This document shows, piece by piece, positions 14,561 to 29,100 of a stretch of 64,000 nt of DNA. The position numbers were made by a program, and so were the translations under genes. Positions within the stretch are counted from its first letter, which is position 1. Every line of letters starts with the position of its first letter. Under the pieces are notes generated by a model. It had not been told where the DNA came from, searched no databases, and saw only the letters and a list, made by a program, of their open reading frames with translations. The DNA is from Blasia pusilla (Eukaryota), in NCBI GenBank assembly GCA_050084515.1, contig CM114271.1, positions 46,872,001-46,936,000 of the forward strand. The letters are read 5' to 3'.

Positions 14561-17554
14561 TATGAGAAGTCAATTGCAAACTCTCAAAATGATAGTTAGG
14601 TTGAGGGCCATAAGGAGCAATCCAAGAGGACATTCCCAGATATAAGAAGGGATGGAGATCTCTAAAACTATATATAAGGGGAAGGGCCTCCAAGGGTGTT
14701 TGGAACCTAGATCCTACCTTGGGAACCATGGGGATGAGCTCAAGGCATGAGATGGATTAAGAGGTTGGATTTGGGATTTTGACACCAATCCAAGTTCAAG
14801 TAGTCCAATAATGGATGTCGACTTTGGAATTTAATCCATGACTCACCTATTGAGTTGTGGTTAGAGACTCGTTGGATGTCCATTAAGGAGTTGGGACCGC
14901 CAAACGTGCTAGAGCCATTTCAAGTCCTTAGACTATGAAGGAAGTTTATCCAAAGTCTTGCCTCTATCGGGGAGCGAGGGGTTAGATTGGTATTTCGTCC
15001 AATTTGGATCCACTCATCTTGAGCGAATAAAATGAGGTGTAGACTTAGAAGACACAAGGTTGATTGATCTAAAACATGGCTAATGTGAGTGTGTTTGGAT
15101 GTAGATAAGTAAGGAAAGTTTGACCTACTGAGCACAAGCTTCTATGACAAACAAGTGTGTCGTTCAAGGTAGTCGGTGCATGACATAATCGATGCACAAC
15201 ATAAACAAGCTAAGCTAAGGTACAAACATAAGAATCTTCTAATTCGAGTTAGCAAAGGGCTAACATGAGCTAGCTAGTTGCTACCTCATTTTAGCAATAT
15301 TGCAAAAGAATTCATGAATTGATAAAATCACAGACATTTAGGCCACAAGATCCGCGCATCGGATTGCACCATCCACGCAAGTATTATGACATAGGATGAG
15401 ATATGAGATGAGAAGTCACAAGGGTGTGCCACAACGAGATCTCATAAATGTGCTTTTCCTATAGCTATATTTTACATTCAAATTTTTTTTTCTTGACCTC
15501 ACTTTTCATGTCTTCTAATTGGTGGTCGGAGGGTTTCCACTTCGAAGGTTGAGTCAATTTTTGCCTTGCTATCCCAATATGAGAAAAATTTTGAGAAATG
15601 TTTTTTTTGTATGATCTATAGGGTTAAAATCTTGAAAAATCACCCTTCCTACTAAAAGAAACCTACCTAACATTACAAGTCATTCTAGTAAAGCTCTAGT
15701 AGGTCATATACAAGACAAGATTATTCTCAATAAAAAATTTCTCTAAGATTAGACTTCAATCCAATATAGGATACACAAAGAAATGGCATAAGTACATATT
15801 AGTTGAGTTTCTCTTTCAATCTTAAAATCTTATGTAGATATGATCTAAGAGAGATATCTGAAAATCCTCCAAATGATAGTCCAAGAGAAATAATTTTGTG
15901 ACACAGTAATCCGGCATCTACCTTGGTGAGGAATACCAAGGCATAACCTAAATATAAGTACTTGAGAGACTAGAGAATTTTTGGGAGTTCTAGTGGTCGA
16001 AATTGAGAGACAAAGGATAAGTCGAAAAGTGTTAGCCATAAGACAAGTCTCAATGTTAGAAAATATGGCTCGAGTGATGTGCCAAGGCAAGGTATAGTCA
16101 ATATGGGCTAGAAGTCTTTAGATTAACCCAAGAGACCAAAGGGTAGCGTACTTAGCCGTAGGACTTCTACTAATCAAGAACTTGTTGTGGCGTGTTATCT
16201 TGGATGTGCATCTTGAGGAGGTAAGGGCCATGGAATGAGCTATCCTAGGGGTTTGTTATGCACCTTGTGAGACTTGGCGCTCACGACCATATGACCACTT
16301 GTCGTTTGTCACCTCGGTGAACATACAACTAGTTGGGTTTGGGAGATCCAACCCAATTGTTTTGCTCAAAAGGTTCAAGGGGAGGTATTCTTTGCCGAGC
16401 TAATGAGGAGGAGTAAAGGGTGACACTTTACCATGATATTCCATGTAGGGTGTGCTTATTTCCAGGGTTAACGAGATTGAGACATCTTTTTAGCTACTGA
16501 ATAATACTCATCGAGCCAAGATGAAGTTCATCGAATACCCAAGTTTAAACAAAATTAGTAAACTAAACTAAACCAACCTAATCCTACAAAGCATATGGAG
16601 AGGAATAAGAAGATGAATTTGTTGCTAGTGACAAGAAAATCGGATATCTCTCGAGATCCCCAATTGATTTTAGGGGGAGAACTCAAATAGATTTAAATGT
16701 GATCGTCTACACAAGGAAGATTGGGTACAATGTACAAATATTATATGGAGTTATTATCCTATTCCTAATAATGCATGAAATAAGGGCCACGTATATTGGG
16801 CATCACTTTTCCTTAAGGAAACTCTCTACTTCCACAATGTGTCTTAGTGCTTCGTAAGAACAACCTATGAAGATGGAGGGATTCTCCATTCCTCCTCTAC
16901 TCCCCTATGAAGAGAGGGAGGCATCTCTCTCTCTCTCTTTGTCCATATACATGATAGGGATAGAAAAGTCACTTCAACCCAATGCATCAAGTGGGTCATA
17001 GTGGTAAGGTTATTGTTTGGAGCATCTTCCTCTACTATTTTAAAATCTTTACTAGCCCAAAATTAATGGAGAGATATGTAAGGTGGAGGATCATGCAAAT
17101 TTATGGACCTTTTAAGGAGGTTGAAAATAATGAGTGTCATGAAGGGCATGACATGTTTTAATCAAGATTTTCCAATCAATTTTCATGATCCCAATTGGTA
17201 TGTGAAATGCTATGAGGACCGCATCTTTGAAAGATAAATTGATATGCCAAACATGCCTAAACAAATTATTGCTAATGTATTCTCTTTTATACATAATTGA
17301 GGAATGAGCTTTGTAGGTTCTAACTTTGGTGGGTCATACCAAGGTCTTTCCTCCTTGGATCCGTGATCGTGATTTGATTATTGGAGCTCCCCTAGCATAC
17401 ACGCCATGGACCTAGCTATTCTTGATGCTTACTCAATTACGTATAAAAGGTAATTGAGGAAAGAACTTAGCGTGATCCACCCAAGTTAGAAACCTCCACC
17501 AAGCCATCTTGATAGATCATTAGTCAAATGTAGATCCGCAGATTGCCAAAAGCG

Positions 17555-17895
17555 TTTGGATTGAGGACCAAAATCAAGGGTCCAAGGGGGACAATGGGAA
17601 AGGTGGGATTTCTATAGAGAACCCCATAAGTATCTATAGAGGGGAGTGTACTCTCCCTCCCTACCAACTCAAGTCCTTGAAGAAGGAACTAATTGTGATG
17701 TGTGTTCGGTTGTGTTTTAAGTTTGCGCTGAGGAACACATCTTGAGGGATTAACCGACATCCTCCAATATAGGAAAACGACTTGGGGAGATTGGTTGAGG
17801 CTTGGGAAAGAGATTTCCTTGGGAGACGATACATATTTGGGAAGACTTGACCGGATAAACGCTTGACAATTTCTCAACTATCTATGAAATGAGCA
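17555..17895 (+). repeat. Old dispersed repeat B, copy 1 (probable LTR-retrotransposon internal relic)
   Basis: Colinear with the reverse complement of about 39310-39655, and partly with about 54360-54545. Shared blocks include ccaaaatcaa..aaaggtgggatt..gagaaccc..ctctccctcc..gagattggt.gaggct and cttgaca.tttctcaacta. Confidence 0.75.
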
Positions 17896-20800
17896 GGTGT
17901 TTGAGTCTCTAGAACTCAATGCAAGTGTTCCACTTGCAAAGCTCAAGGTTGAGAGTTCTTCGAAACGAAGCTAGGAGGAGTAGAAGTTGGACTCTACGAT
18001 GGTAAGAAGGTTGCGACTTTATAATCTTCTCATAAAAAATATTGCTTTATGTGTTTTAAGATATATGGAACAACGGGTGAGATGTTTCATGCCTTTCTTT
18101 TATGATGTTGAACTCTTCTCTTTAATCACTTCCATTGGGTTGCAACTTGCCACAACCAACATGGTTGTAAGGCTTGCTCAAGGCATCATATACACCATTC
18201 TTAGAAATCCTTTCCCAAATATCCCTCGAAGTATATGAAACTTTTGATAATTTATGTAAGTTTCACTAACGTAAATGTGGACAATACACAACTTTAAATT
18301 ACTTCCCATAATTAAATTCTCAAGTATTATTTTAAATTATTTCAAGAAATCTTATTGGTTGGAAGTGCAAGATGTCATGAGGAGAGGAATTTGTAAAATG
18401 ATGGGGCACTCTCAGATAATAATATAGATTAGAGTAGTTTCTTTCTCTTATGGAACTTCATCTTTTCATGTCATGTGCTTAGTTTTCTTATAAAATTTGC
18501 GAAGAGGCATTTAGTTTTCAATAGAAGAAGATACGAATAAAAAGAATAGAAGAACTAAGAGGAAAACTTGTTAATGCTAAATTTTTGAAAGACGAGGGGA
18601 GGAGAATAAATTTTCAATAAAATGAACAAGATTACACCGGGAAGAAGGAGAATGTTAAGGGTGACGTACCAAACCCCCTCCCTCAAGACCCTTCCAAAAG
18701 ATGAAGTGATGGATCCTTTGTGGTAGGACCGAGAGTACAGATTCGACCCGAGACCTCCCATCTCCATTCCTTACCCCCTCCCCACTCTCCGAGACGAGGG
18801 TAAGAAAGTGAGGGATAAGTAGAAGGCCGAGAGCCTCTTAATTCTTTCGAAAGTCACAGTTAAGAATTGCCCCTGAGCTGGATGGCTTGCAGACATATGG
18901 GAGCTGTGTCTAGGAACAGGATCTCTCCGGTCAAGTGCGATGCAGCCACAAAAGAATTGTTTCTATCCATGACGACATAAACTTCCAACTGCGAGGACGT
19001 GGCGTTTCCAAGAAATGTAAACGGCTCTCCCGTGTATTTCTATGAGTTTTTGTTTAAGGTTTGGCTTGAAACGCAGTTCGGAAGCTCATGGCGCTTAAGC
19101 TCATCTTTTGATTTGGGATGCAATAGGGCGTCTCAGAAATGTGTCTAGGGACGTACGAAGCCATAACTCTGTGTATGGTCAAATTCTGCGCTCGGGTGCG
19201 GGCTACCCGTCGGAGATGGACGCTCACCTCTACGGTCGGACGTCCAAAACATATTCGTGTGTATTTAAGTCGGAGGCCTTCAAACCTACGGAATCTCTCA
19301 ATATAAACGTTCCACGGGCATAAATGGAAACCGTCTCTGTTATATGGTCAAGCGCTCTTGAAGGACGTCTAAAATTTTACGGCCTCCAAGTGAAAACGCG
19401 TACACGGAAGAGACCGTAGTGATTGTCCAGGTCCCGTGCATGAAAAGCGTGGTACACGGAATTTTACATCAAGTAAATAAAAAGAGCTGGGGCTCTATAC
19501 ACCCCATGATTCCCCTGGGCTGGGACTTGGGAATCACCTCCTTATACAGCTATGAACGTTGCTGATTGATTGGGTTTGGATTTCTTTTCGTTTCTGAGCT
19601 CCACATCCCGTCCCATACCCATGGTGTAAATTTCATAGGTTAGAATCGGATTAGAAGGATTACGTATTGACATGTACACATGAAGCCGTGGAATTGCACC
19701 TTCAGAAAAACTTCGTCTCATCTGGTGACAATTTCGTCAGGAAAAAGCGTCGCCTTTCCTTTCGGATCCTCGGCACATCACAAACTCTTGCAGCTTCTGA
19801 GCTGCATGGTACCAAAGGCTGGGCCCTCGCATATCCCCGTCACGGCATTAGTTTTCTCGACTGCCATGTCGCCGACCAGGAGTGAGATTCTGAGCGACGG
19901 AAGTCTGAAGATGGCGTGTTCCCATGTTCTCACAGATTATCGCGTGATTCGACGAAGCGCTGTGCGTCTCTGGTCTATAGAAGTTGCGTCCATCTCCGCT
20001 TCATCAAGCCAAAGCGGTGATGGAATAGAACAACTTCCGTGACGAGAAAATTTTGCAATTACACTGTTCAAGGTCTGTCTGTGCCTCCTGCTGACGGGAC
20101 GACCTTCAAATTCACACCAAATCTCCACTTGAACAAAATTGCATCAGTTTTGGTAAAACAATTGGATTTCACTGTTGGTAGATAATAACTGGCAGCAGCC
20201 GTAGATGAATCAGGCCTAAACATCTGCGTGATGAGGCAAGGGCTAGAGGCTGCAGATCATTTGCATACCTATCTACAAAAAGGCATGTGCAATTTCAACC
20301 GTACACACTTGGATAAATAATAGGACTCGCACAGGTCGGAGACTCCAGAGTATCTGCATCGTGGTGAGGACAACGCAACGAGTAGCTTCAGACGATGGGA
20401 TCTCCCCTCCAACACCGGTGCGGCAATTAATGAGGTACGCCGGGCTCCAAACCACCGTTGGTCAGAGCCTGATAGACGGCAATAAACCTGAGATCAGCTT
20501 CCGTGGAGTCGCGACATAGCAAAATCGGGACGAAGATGTAATTCAGATGTCCTGATTTGGAGAAGAAGCCCGAGAAACTAAGCCAAAGACTTCACGGGCC
20601 TACAACTCTTCGTAGATAACGGCAGATGCCCATCCATATCCTCCAGCAAATGGCAAAATGGACGGACACAAGCCACGGATTTACTTGATTTACAATACAA
20701 GTACTACTCCCAGCATCCAACAAACCCACAAACCACCAGCCTCCCTACCATCCGTGCATTTCAAGTTACCCATCTTGGCCATCGCCACTTGAAGGATAGA

Positions 20801-21121
20801 TCTGGATGAAGTTCGATCGTGAAATCGTTCGTTTAGACTCACAAAGGTGCTAACCTGCCTACTCTAAACTACTCAATTTTCACTATTATCTGATACTGCA
20901 AAACTGTGGCCAGTTATGACTGACGTGCTCAAAGCGGATTCAGCTGTATGATGTTAACTCTTGCATCCACAACGATGTTGGTAACGCAGTGTTTATGGAA
21001 TCCTTCCACAGGGCAACCCGCACTCCAGCGAAGCGGCAAGGCGAGTAAGTCGGAGAGAAGAGGAATTGCGCTGTAGGTACCAGTAGTTCAGAGAGTACGT
21101 GAATTTCTTACATCAAACTCT

Positions 21122-24100
21122 TCACTTCACAGGTGCCGCTTCTTCTGCAGCAGGAGCATCCGAATCCTCTCCTTTTTCAGATGGTTGGCGGGCTAGAGCA
21201 TCTCCATTGGTCGCAGCAGGACTTTCTTCGGTCTTGAGAGAAGTTTGTTCAGGCACTGCCTTACCATCTACAATTGGCACGTAACGTCCTTCGATGAATC
21301 CTTGCTCGTTCAGCACACTCACAAATCGATAAGCAACCTGGAAAATACAAAGTCCACCCACGGATGAGAGCACTGAATTACATCTCGTACTGGATCAAGC
21401 TTCACCCGGAACTACACTGTAGCCTGTGCGATCGTGGGACCCTATTCCGTGAGTAAAGCTGGGGAGAGCAGATGGCAGAAAAGAGAAAGTTCACGAGCAA
21501 CGCGTTTCCAGAGGAAAAACTCCCAAATAAACCAAAGAAATATAGATCCTTAATTACCTCCCGCGTGGCCTTAGCTTTGCCAGTGATAGCAGAGGTGATG
21601 GCTGAAAGCTTTCCTTCCAACAACTTGCTTTTCAGGTCCTTTTGCACAAGCGGAGTAAATTGAGCATCAAGAGACCGTGCCGCATTCAACCAGGCCAATA
21701 CAATGACCAATAAAATGGCACCGAGGTATGGAGTGGAGTTCGCAAGTGATCCACACGTAATGATGAGAAATTGTTGAATCAAAGCTCCTCCTGATTTACC
21801 CAGAGGATTGCACACCACATCGATAGCTGCTTTTCCTTTCACCTGCACACAGAACAGACGATATAAGCCTCTTTACGGAAGCACACTACACCGACAGACG
21901 GCAGGTCGGTTCGATTCGATAAACACTCGCATGTCGAACCCAGTCGTGCAAACAGCTATATCACACTCCACCGAAAGTGGCGTTTCAAGAGTCTCACCTT
22001 CGTGTCCTCATCTAGTGGAATATATGCCATCTCCTTGCAAGGGTCAAACAAACTGTACTTCGCACTTTTGCTGAAAATATTTTGGGCAGCTCCGACGTAA
22101 ACAGCCGCCAACAGAGGTGTCATTCCCAAACCAGCAAGCGCTGGGGTGAGAGGACCACTGAACAGAACTAAAGCAAAGAAAGCCACTCCAGTGACGAGCA
22201 GAACAGTGGGAGTGATGGCGGCTGCTGCTCCCCATCCAAACTTTCGGAAGATGACGCGACTGAGCAACATCATGCTGAAGGTTGCAATTCCAGTGAAGGT
22301 GGAGAAATCTCCCATGAAGGATGAGTATTCGTTGGGGCCAGGGAACTGCACAGAGACGAGCCAATCCGAGTCAGAGCCCGCTGAAATAAACATCCGGTTT
22401 ACAAACGAGTGCTGTGGTTGGACCCGTTCCAACCATTCCCAAGTCTTCACCAGCCAGAATTTCTATCAGCTCGTGAGGGAGGACGGACACGAAGCGGAAC
22501 CCTAGCACCTCTAGCAGGGGAACTTCGCGTAAAAAGATGTACCTGCGCTTTCAGCTTTCCCTTCCAAGTCACTTCCACGAGATTGATACTGATACCGTAC
22601 GCAACGACAAGGGTTGCCAGATCTCGGATATACTTGGAAGACAGCAAGAACTTCGCGCTCTCCACCATTCCCATCTTAGGCTTCGCTTTCTGGACAAAAA
22701 ACACCACAAACATTGCGCGAGGCAGTACTGGTCATCAGATTCCACCTCCGCTCTTCGCATCAAAACCTGGACGCTCTATCTCCGTATTACGCAGTGCGAG
22801 ATACCGTTCGCCAAGGACATTCGTTGCACCGAGGAATCGAACCCACCGCAATGTAATGAGAGGCGAAACGCAAATATTCGCGAATCGGAGGAGTGCAAAG
22901 AGATTCAGGACTCACGCACCATCCACACACGGCAGAGAAGGCCAAGTTCAGTACTCGAATTACCTTCTTGCGAGCTTCCGCCTTGGGCAACGATGGGTCG
23001 TTCACCACGTACTTATTAACCCCCCAGTAGATACCAGCGATGACAAAGCCGAGTCCAACCACTAGACCCATCATTCCTCTGAGAGAATAGGCCCATCCAT
23101 CCACACCCGGTGGCAAATGGGTTCGCACCTCCGAGAAGTACTTGACAGTACGACCTGAGAAAATCAAAGCAACGTTGGCTCCAAGACCAAATAGCGGGTA
23201 AAATTGCTTGGCCTCATCTACAGTGGTGATCTGCACAGATTGCCAAACGCTATATCAATGATCGAGGAATCTGAATGCAATTCTCCCGCTTTCTGTGACG
23301 CATAAGAAATCCTCGTTCTGCCATCCAAGAAGCTCGCATTGATCTTCGGCGTCTATGACCCAAAGACAGAAAGGAGCAGACCGCGCCTGACATACACACG
23401 AACCCCGTTCCATCACAGCGCGGGTTGAGCTAAGATGCTGACATCGGACCACTAGACGTGCGCGAGAGTCTCTCGAGAAACTGGCAAGGACGATGGACGA
23501 AATATCTCAGATGCCATAGTCGTGTGATTCGACCGAGTCACAACAAAATCACGAGCACGATCAGTTGGGGGGGGGAGGGAGTGAGTGAGTACCTGGTTAG
23601 CAAAACCCCAGAAAAGAACAGAAACCACCACACTGCCCCACAGCTCTGCCATAACGTAGAACAAACAGAATGTCCAATTGCGAATGATGGCGATGGGTCC
23701 CATGAATCTGGAGCCCAGCTTCTCAAGCAGAGCATTTGCGAACGCTGTGGGGTGGAGGACATCTGCCAGTGGGTACATGAAAAACCCAAACAACCCGAAG
23801 AAGGCGATGAAGGGGAATATGCATGAGTAGAAGAGCGCCTCCTTGGACAAATTGTTCGACAGCTTGGTGTAAATAACCATAAATCCGATGGCCATAGGAA
23901 GATTCACCCATGTCTTCAAAAAAGGAATGATCTCTGCACTACTTCCCTTGGCCGTAACAACCAGGACATCCTTAGTGTCACGCAGGATGGTATAATTGAA
24001 GAGAATGCAAAAGAACATGAGACCCAGAGGAATCACTTTCTTTAGAGTAACGGCCTCCACTCCCATGAATTTCTTGGGGATGGCAGCCGCTGCCGGTGCT

Positions 24101-24462
24101 GGCTCGCTCGCGGCCGCCGCGGCGGCCTGTGCACGCACGCTTCTTCTGATCTTCAACCCGGAACCCAAACCCAAACCCAAGCCCAAGCCCTGCGTTGGCG
24201 CCCGGCGATTCGAAAACTTGCCGGACCAGAACTGTCGATTGAGAGCCGCTGCATCGCTCAGGTTCGCAGTGGAGTTCTGTTGTTTCCTCCCCTCCTCCTT
24301 CCATGACAGAGACGACATGGGCGCTGCGCGAAGCACAGGCAGACGCCTCAAGCCAGAGCTGCCCACCACGACCCGGCGACGCGCGCTCAGAGCCACCGCG
24401 GGGTTCTGTCCCCAGGCCCTCTGCGTGGCCGAGGCCGAGGCCGTGGCGCGCATCGCCTGCAT
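21122..24462 (-). CDS. NTT: Plastidic ATP/ADP translocase (TLC/NTT family) with N-terminal transit peptide
   Basis: Exons 24462-23593, 23230-22964, 22689-22543, 22345-21998, 21842-21558 and 21337-21122; all introns GT-AG and phase 0. Hallmark motifs: MFFCILFNYTILRDTKD, FYVMAELWGSVVVSVLFWGFANQ, SINLVEVTWK, SKSAKYSLFDPCKEMAYIPLD, KGKAAIDVVCNPLGKSGGALIQQ. Confidence 0.98.
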
Positions 24463-25800
24463 GTTTGATGCTCAAATGCTGAGCCCCTCGCAGCAGCGGC
24501 GACGGCAGATGCTCACAATCCCTCGCGTCGATCTTCTAGCGCCTCCGATTGAAACCCAAAACCTGCCCCTCCTCGCCTCCTCCTCGCGGCAAAACAGCGA
24601 ATGATCGCTCGCTCGCTCGCTCCTCTGTAAAACTACGCCCGCTCGGGGTTGATCTGCTGCTGCCCCAACCTCCCCACTCTAGCTCACTGCCTGGCGACTG
24701 CGGACGCGTGCGTAGACTCGCGCAAGCACGGATCCTCCTCGCGCGGAAAAAGAATAAACCCAGCCAGACACACACACGCTCTCGCTTGGGCCTCTCCTGT
24801 CCTCTCCTCTCAGAGCCCTCTCCTTTCTCTTCGTTGTCTGGCGTTGCGCTCGGATCCGCCTGTGCTTGCTTTCCTACAGCCGCTGCGATACGAGCGGATA
24901 GACAGACGCAGCTGTGCACTGATTCCGGATTCGCCCAGTTCCCCCCTATCAAGCTATCTCTTCCCGATAGCCGTAGAAAGATGTTATCGACAGAAGTGAC
25001 GGGTCCAATTCCCTCGCCTTCGCTGTTCCCCGATCTCGGATCCTTCGCCTGAGACTCACCCGTCCACCCCACGGCGATCGCCCGACCTCTCAGCCTCCAC
25101 CTCACCCACCCATCACTCACCGTCGCGGCCACAACAAATACGCTACGCGCCGCGAGTCATCGTCAAACTCGGGAGACGACAAGACTGAGTTAACCCCAGC
25201 TCGCTGAAGGGAGGAACGTACCTTGGAGATGAGACCACCAGTCATCAGACTCACCACCCCCCCTCCCTCTCCCTCTGCCCCAGTGCGCCGGACGATAAAC
25301 CCCGAATCTGCGACCGACCGCTAGTGCTTTTAACAGCGGGAGTTAGTATTATATCCGCTCGCCCTAAAGTAAGTAGACTCAGTGGAGTCAACTAGTTACT
25401 AGACAACCACGCGAACAAAGGCAAGATGCCCGGTGGGTGCGAAGGACTCCGGAGTCCGGAAAGACGAGGAGGAGGAGGGAGGGGCATCTTTATTTATCTT
25501 CCGCGGCATCACGCGCCCATGAACGCCTGGCCTGCCAGCCAGCCAGTCCGGTGACTCCGCCTACTTAGCGAGTCACCGGTTTTAGAGTGCTCCGCTTACC
25601 CCCCACATCCATCTTCCGAAACACGGTCGGTACGGTTGCCCGGACAATCCCCGGGTATTCTCGGTCACGAAAATGTTTTCTCATCTTTGCGCCGTAGTCA
25701 ATTTTACCTCTTGCGTAGTTAACTTTATTTATCGAGTTCCGTAGTTTATGGAAATTCTCCACGCTATTAAAAGTGATGGACGATGTGGGTTAATATCATA

Positions 25801-26151
25801 TTAGCAAGATGCGTTGTGCAATGCCCCGGAAATAAAAAATATTAATAATAGTCTATGTAAATTTTTATTTTTTTTCCCATAATAACATGTGAAATATTTT
25901 TTTGGTGTTCAATTATCACATGTCAAACAAGTCACATGTCAAACAAGAGATGTGTTTGCAAATAAAAAAACATTCTCTCATAATAATATAGATGAGTACT
26001 GTAAAGGAAAAAGATTAATGATGTTACATATAAATTCAAATATTTTTCTTGTTACCTATCGCATGTAAAATATTTTATTATTTTCCAATTGTCACCTGTC
26101 AAACAAAAAAGTGTTTGCAAATCAAAAAGAACTCTCTCATAATAATATAGA
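25801..26151 (-). mobile_element. Mini-Helitron family, composite copy with two 5' ends
   Basis: Minus-strand A|TCTATATTATTAT 5' ends at 25992 and 26151. Degenerate GC hairpin and CTAA|T 3' end at 25801-25830. About 65 bp shared with the copy at 57483. Confidence 0.65.
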
Positions 26152-29100
26152 TATTTATACACATATTATCAAGATCCCTCTTGTAAAATAAATAGTTTAA
26201 ATAACTTATTAAAATGATTAATAAATGCATTCCATTTATTGATTACTAGAAGGTTTTAACATTTTGAATGGAAATCTTACTATTGAATAAGATAATGTGT
26301 CTTTTTTGAAATATTCTAAATATTTCCAATTTATTGGATGGCATGTTTATGCACATGCATTGGTATTTTATTCCAACTCTTTGTGAACTATTTTCGTATC
26401 CCATACAATTTTAACACTATGATTAAAGAAAGTCCCAAAAAAATGAATTCTTGGATTAAATCATCTAGAGTATCTTTCACCTATTTGGAACACTTTTCAA
26501 TCATGTTGTAATCAATTCTTTAGATATCTCACAATTCTAAATCACACATGCATGTACATATATGCACAATCCAATGTTCATTGGCATGTTTGTGCTAATC
26601 TTTTATAAAAAATCTTTTCATCATAATCCCTTTTACAATTCTCATTCAGATTCCAATAACTCTCTTATGAGAAGTATGCAGTTTCCTTTTATCATTGAAT
26701 GGTAAGTGGTAAGCAAATTGCCATGCTTGTATGGACTTCAAGATATACTACCCCTCATCTATATATCTATATAATTAAATTTAAAAAGGATAGAATTAAA
26801 AAAAACATATGTCTTTCAACCCTGTTATGTATTGTCTTTTCAACCTTCATATGTGTTGACACTATCATATTTAAGAATTAAATTAACAGGCCAAAGAACG
26901 TTCACGGAAACCTGAGAACGGTGGAAAAAAAAAAACCTCCAAGGGTGGAGATAATGCTAGCCTGTTAAAGCTTTTTCTCTCCTCTCTCTTTTCCTTTTCG
27001 AGTCTATCTATCATTATTACATTCCCAGCCAGTACACACACATAATAAACGGATCCCGTTTAGGGAGCGCATTGAAAATATCCTTGAACACGTGGATGAG
27101 TTTCAGTTCATCAGACAGAGTGAATTGATGTGAGAGCAAGCCACGTGTTGCTTCCTGCACTCGTCTCTCTCCTGGGGGGGACACCTCGCTCGCAGCTAGT
27201 GCTAGAGGTGTCGCGGTTGTAGCGAATCACCGGAATCCGGATGCAGCAGGTGCTTTCTATACCCATACCCCTACCCGTCCACCTGCTCCTATGATGCGGC
27301 GACATCGGGATTCGGGAGAGGCGGAAGCATTGGTGTGTCCCGTGTGTCATGGCGTGTTTGGCGACTTTGGCATTTCACGAAATATTTTCTTTTCTATCTA
27401 TTTTTACTACTTAGTTTGGAGGCAAGGGAAATTTTCGCATTCAAAATATCCAATGAGACAAAAATATATTTAGAAATTATATGGAAAAAAAAATCGAGGA
27501 AACTTATAGTTTTTGAGAAAAAAAAAGTCATGTGGGCTTCATGTTGGTTGACCTCTAATGACTAACGTGACATATGTAAGCTTGTCATTTACGGTAAAAG
27601 TGAGGTGGAAGGGCGGTTCATATGGAGCCGCCCTTATTCGGCTTCGTTTCTAGCAGGATTGGTTTAGAGTGAGGAAACGGAGCCGCACAAACGTGTGCAG
27701 CTACATTGGCCTCCGTTCTCACTCTTTGTTTTTCTTTTTCTAGGTCCATTTCTCACCTTCCACCATGCTTGTAAGGTCAAGCCGTGAGAAAAATGAAGGT
27801 GAAGAAGGAAACGGAGCCCTCCGTTTGGGGGCTCCGTTCCGCCCGGGCCCTCGTTCCGTTCCGCCTCCTCTCAAACGGAGCCGGAAAGGAAGCCGCATAT
27901 TCGGGCGATATGCCTCCAAACGGAGGCATATCGCTCCCATGTGAATCTGGTAAGAGGCCCAAGGAGAAGATCTTAAATTGAAGCGGACTTAACATAACAC
28001 AATTTTAGGTGGGATGATGATGATAGAGGACTCATGAAGGAGAGAACTCCAAATCCATATGGGGCTCGTAGTTGGGGCCTAATAAAAAAAAAATTCTACA
28101 CTTTTTTTAACATCTTTATTTGTACATCTCATTATATTTGTTAAGTTTGTTTAGATATCTAAACTAGTGTACTTCTAGAAGAATTGGTGCGTGGATCAAT
28201 AAGAGTGGATGCTTCAATCAATATGGAGATCCGACAAAATTTGGATCTATAAGTTATTATTTTTAGCAAAAATAAACCATCTAAAGTTGGATTTGCTTCC
28301 ACATCCACAATGTTGAAGGACAAAGAAGCGAGCTACCAAAAATATAAATATATATTTGAACACCATAAGAAGCCTCCTATACATATTTATTGTAGCCTAT
28401 AAGGTGGTTTTGGGTTGTTGGGTGTGGGAAGGTAGTAAGAAATCATTTACATAAAAAAAGAGTCCCATGTATAACACCAAGTAGTGGGTTATAACATAGA
28501 GGTGCAGATCATGGTGCGTGGGATGGAGACCCTTGTTTGAAATCTAAGATGGAAAGAGCTTCAAGTGCTCTTTGAGATATAAGAACACCCACAACATTTC
28601 CAAAAAAACATACAAGACTGTGGGTCATGTAATTGTTGTTCTCATATCTTAATCAGTCAACACGTAGAGTTTTATTGTATCGATGACATGGAGGGTCAGC
28701 GAACTATTTGGGTGTAACTTTGTCTTGAGGTCTCGGATGAGGTTGGAGATAGGTCCATTGCATTGGGATTTTTGTTTCTAACAACCCCCCTCTTTTGTTA
28801 CTTTCGACCAATTGGCATGTTGTCTCAATCAAGGCTCACATGGTAACCTATGCACTTAGATTATCGTGTGGAGGACTATTTTTGGGGGAAGAGCTTTTGC
28901 CTCTTCCCAAGGCTGTTAAAGAGGGAGAGAGGGTTTTCACAAGCCATCTCTCTCATGTGGAGCTTTTGGAGCACCTCTCTTGCTTAGTGTTTGGTAGGAG
29001 CTAGGGTGTTAGAGTCTCCACACTCCCTCATGGCGAAGGATGGATGTGGCTTGATATTAGGTCTAGATTTGAGAGTGGATTTGGCCATGTGAGCCATTTT

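Noticed and set aside
19600-20600. Moderately GC-rich stretch with short ORFs downstream of NTT
   Set aside because: No motif or consistent exon chain was found; possibly UTR or non-coding.
22409-25132. Antisense and upstream ORFs of 120-220 aa around NTT
   Set aside because: They are shadows of GC-rich coding and leader sequence with no motifs.
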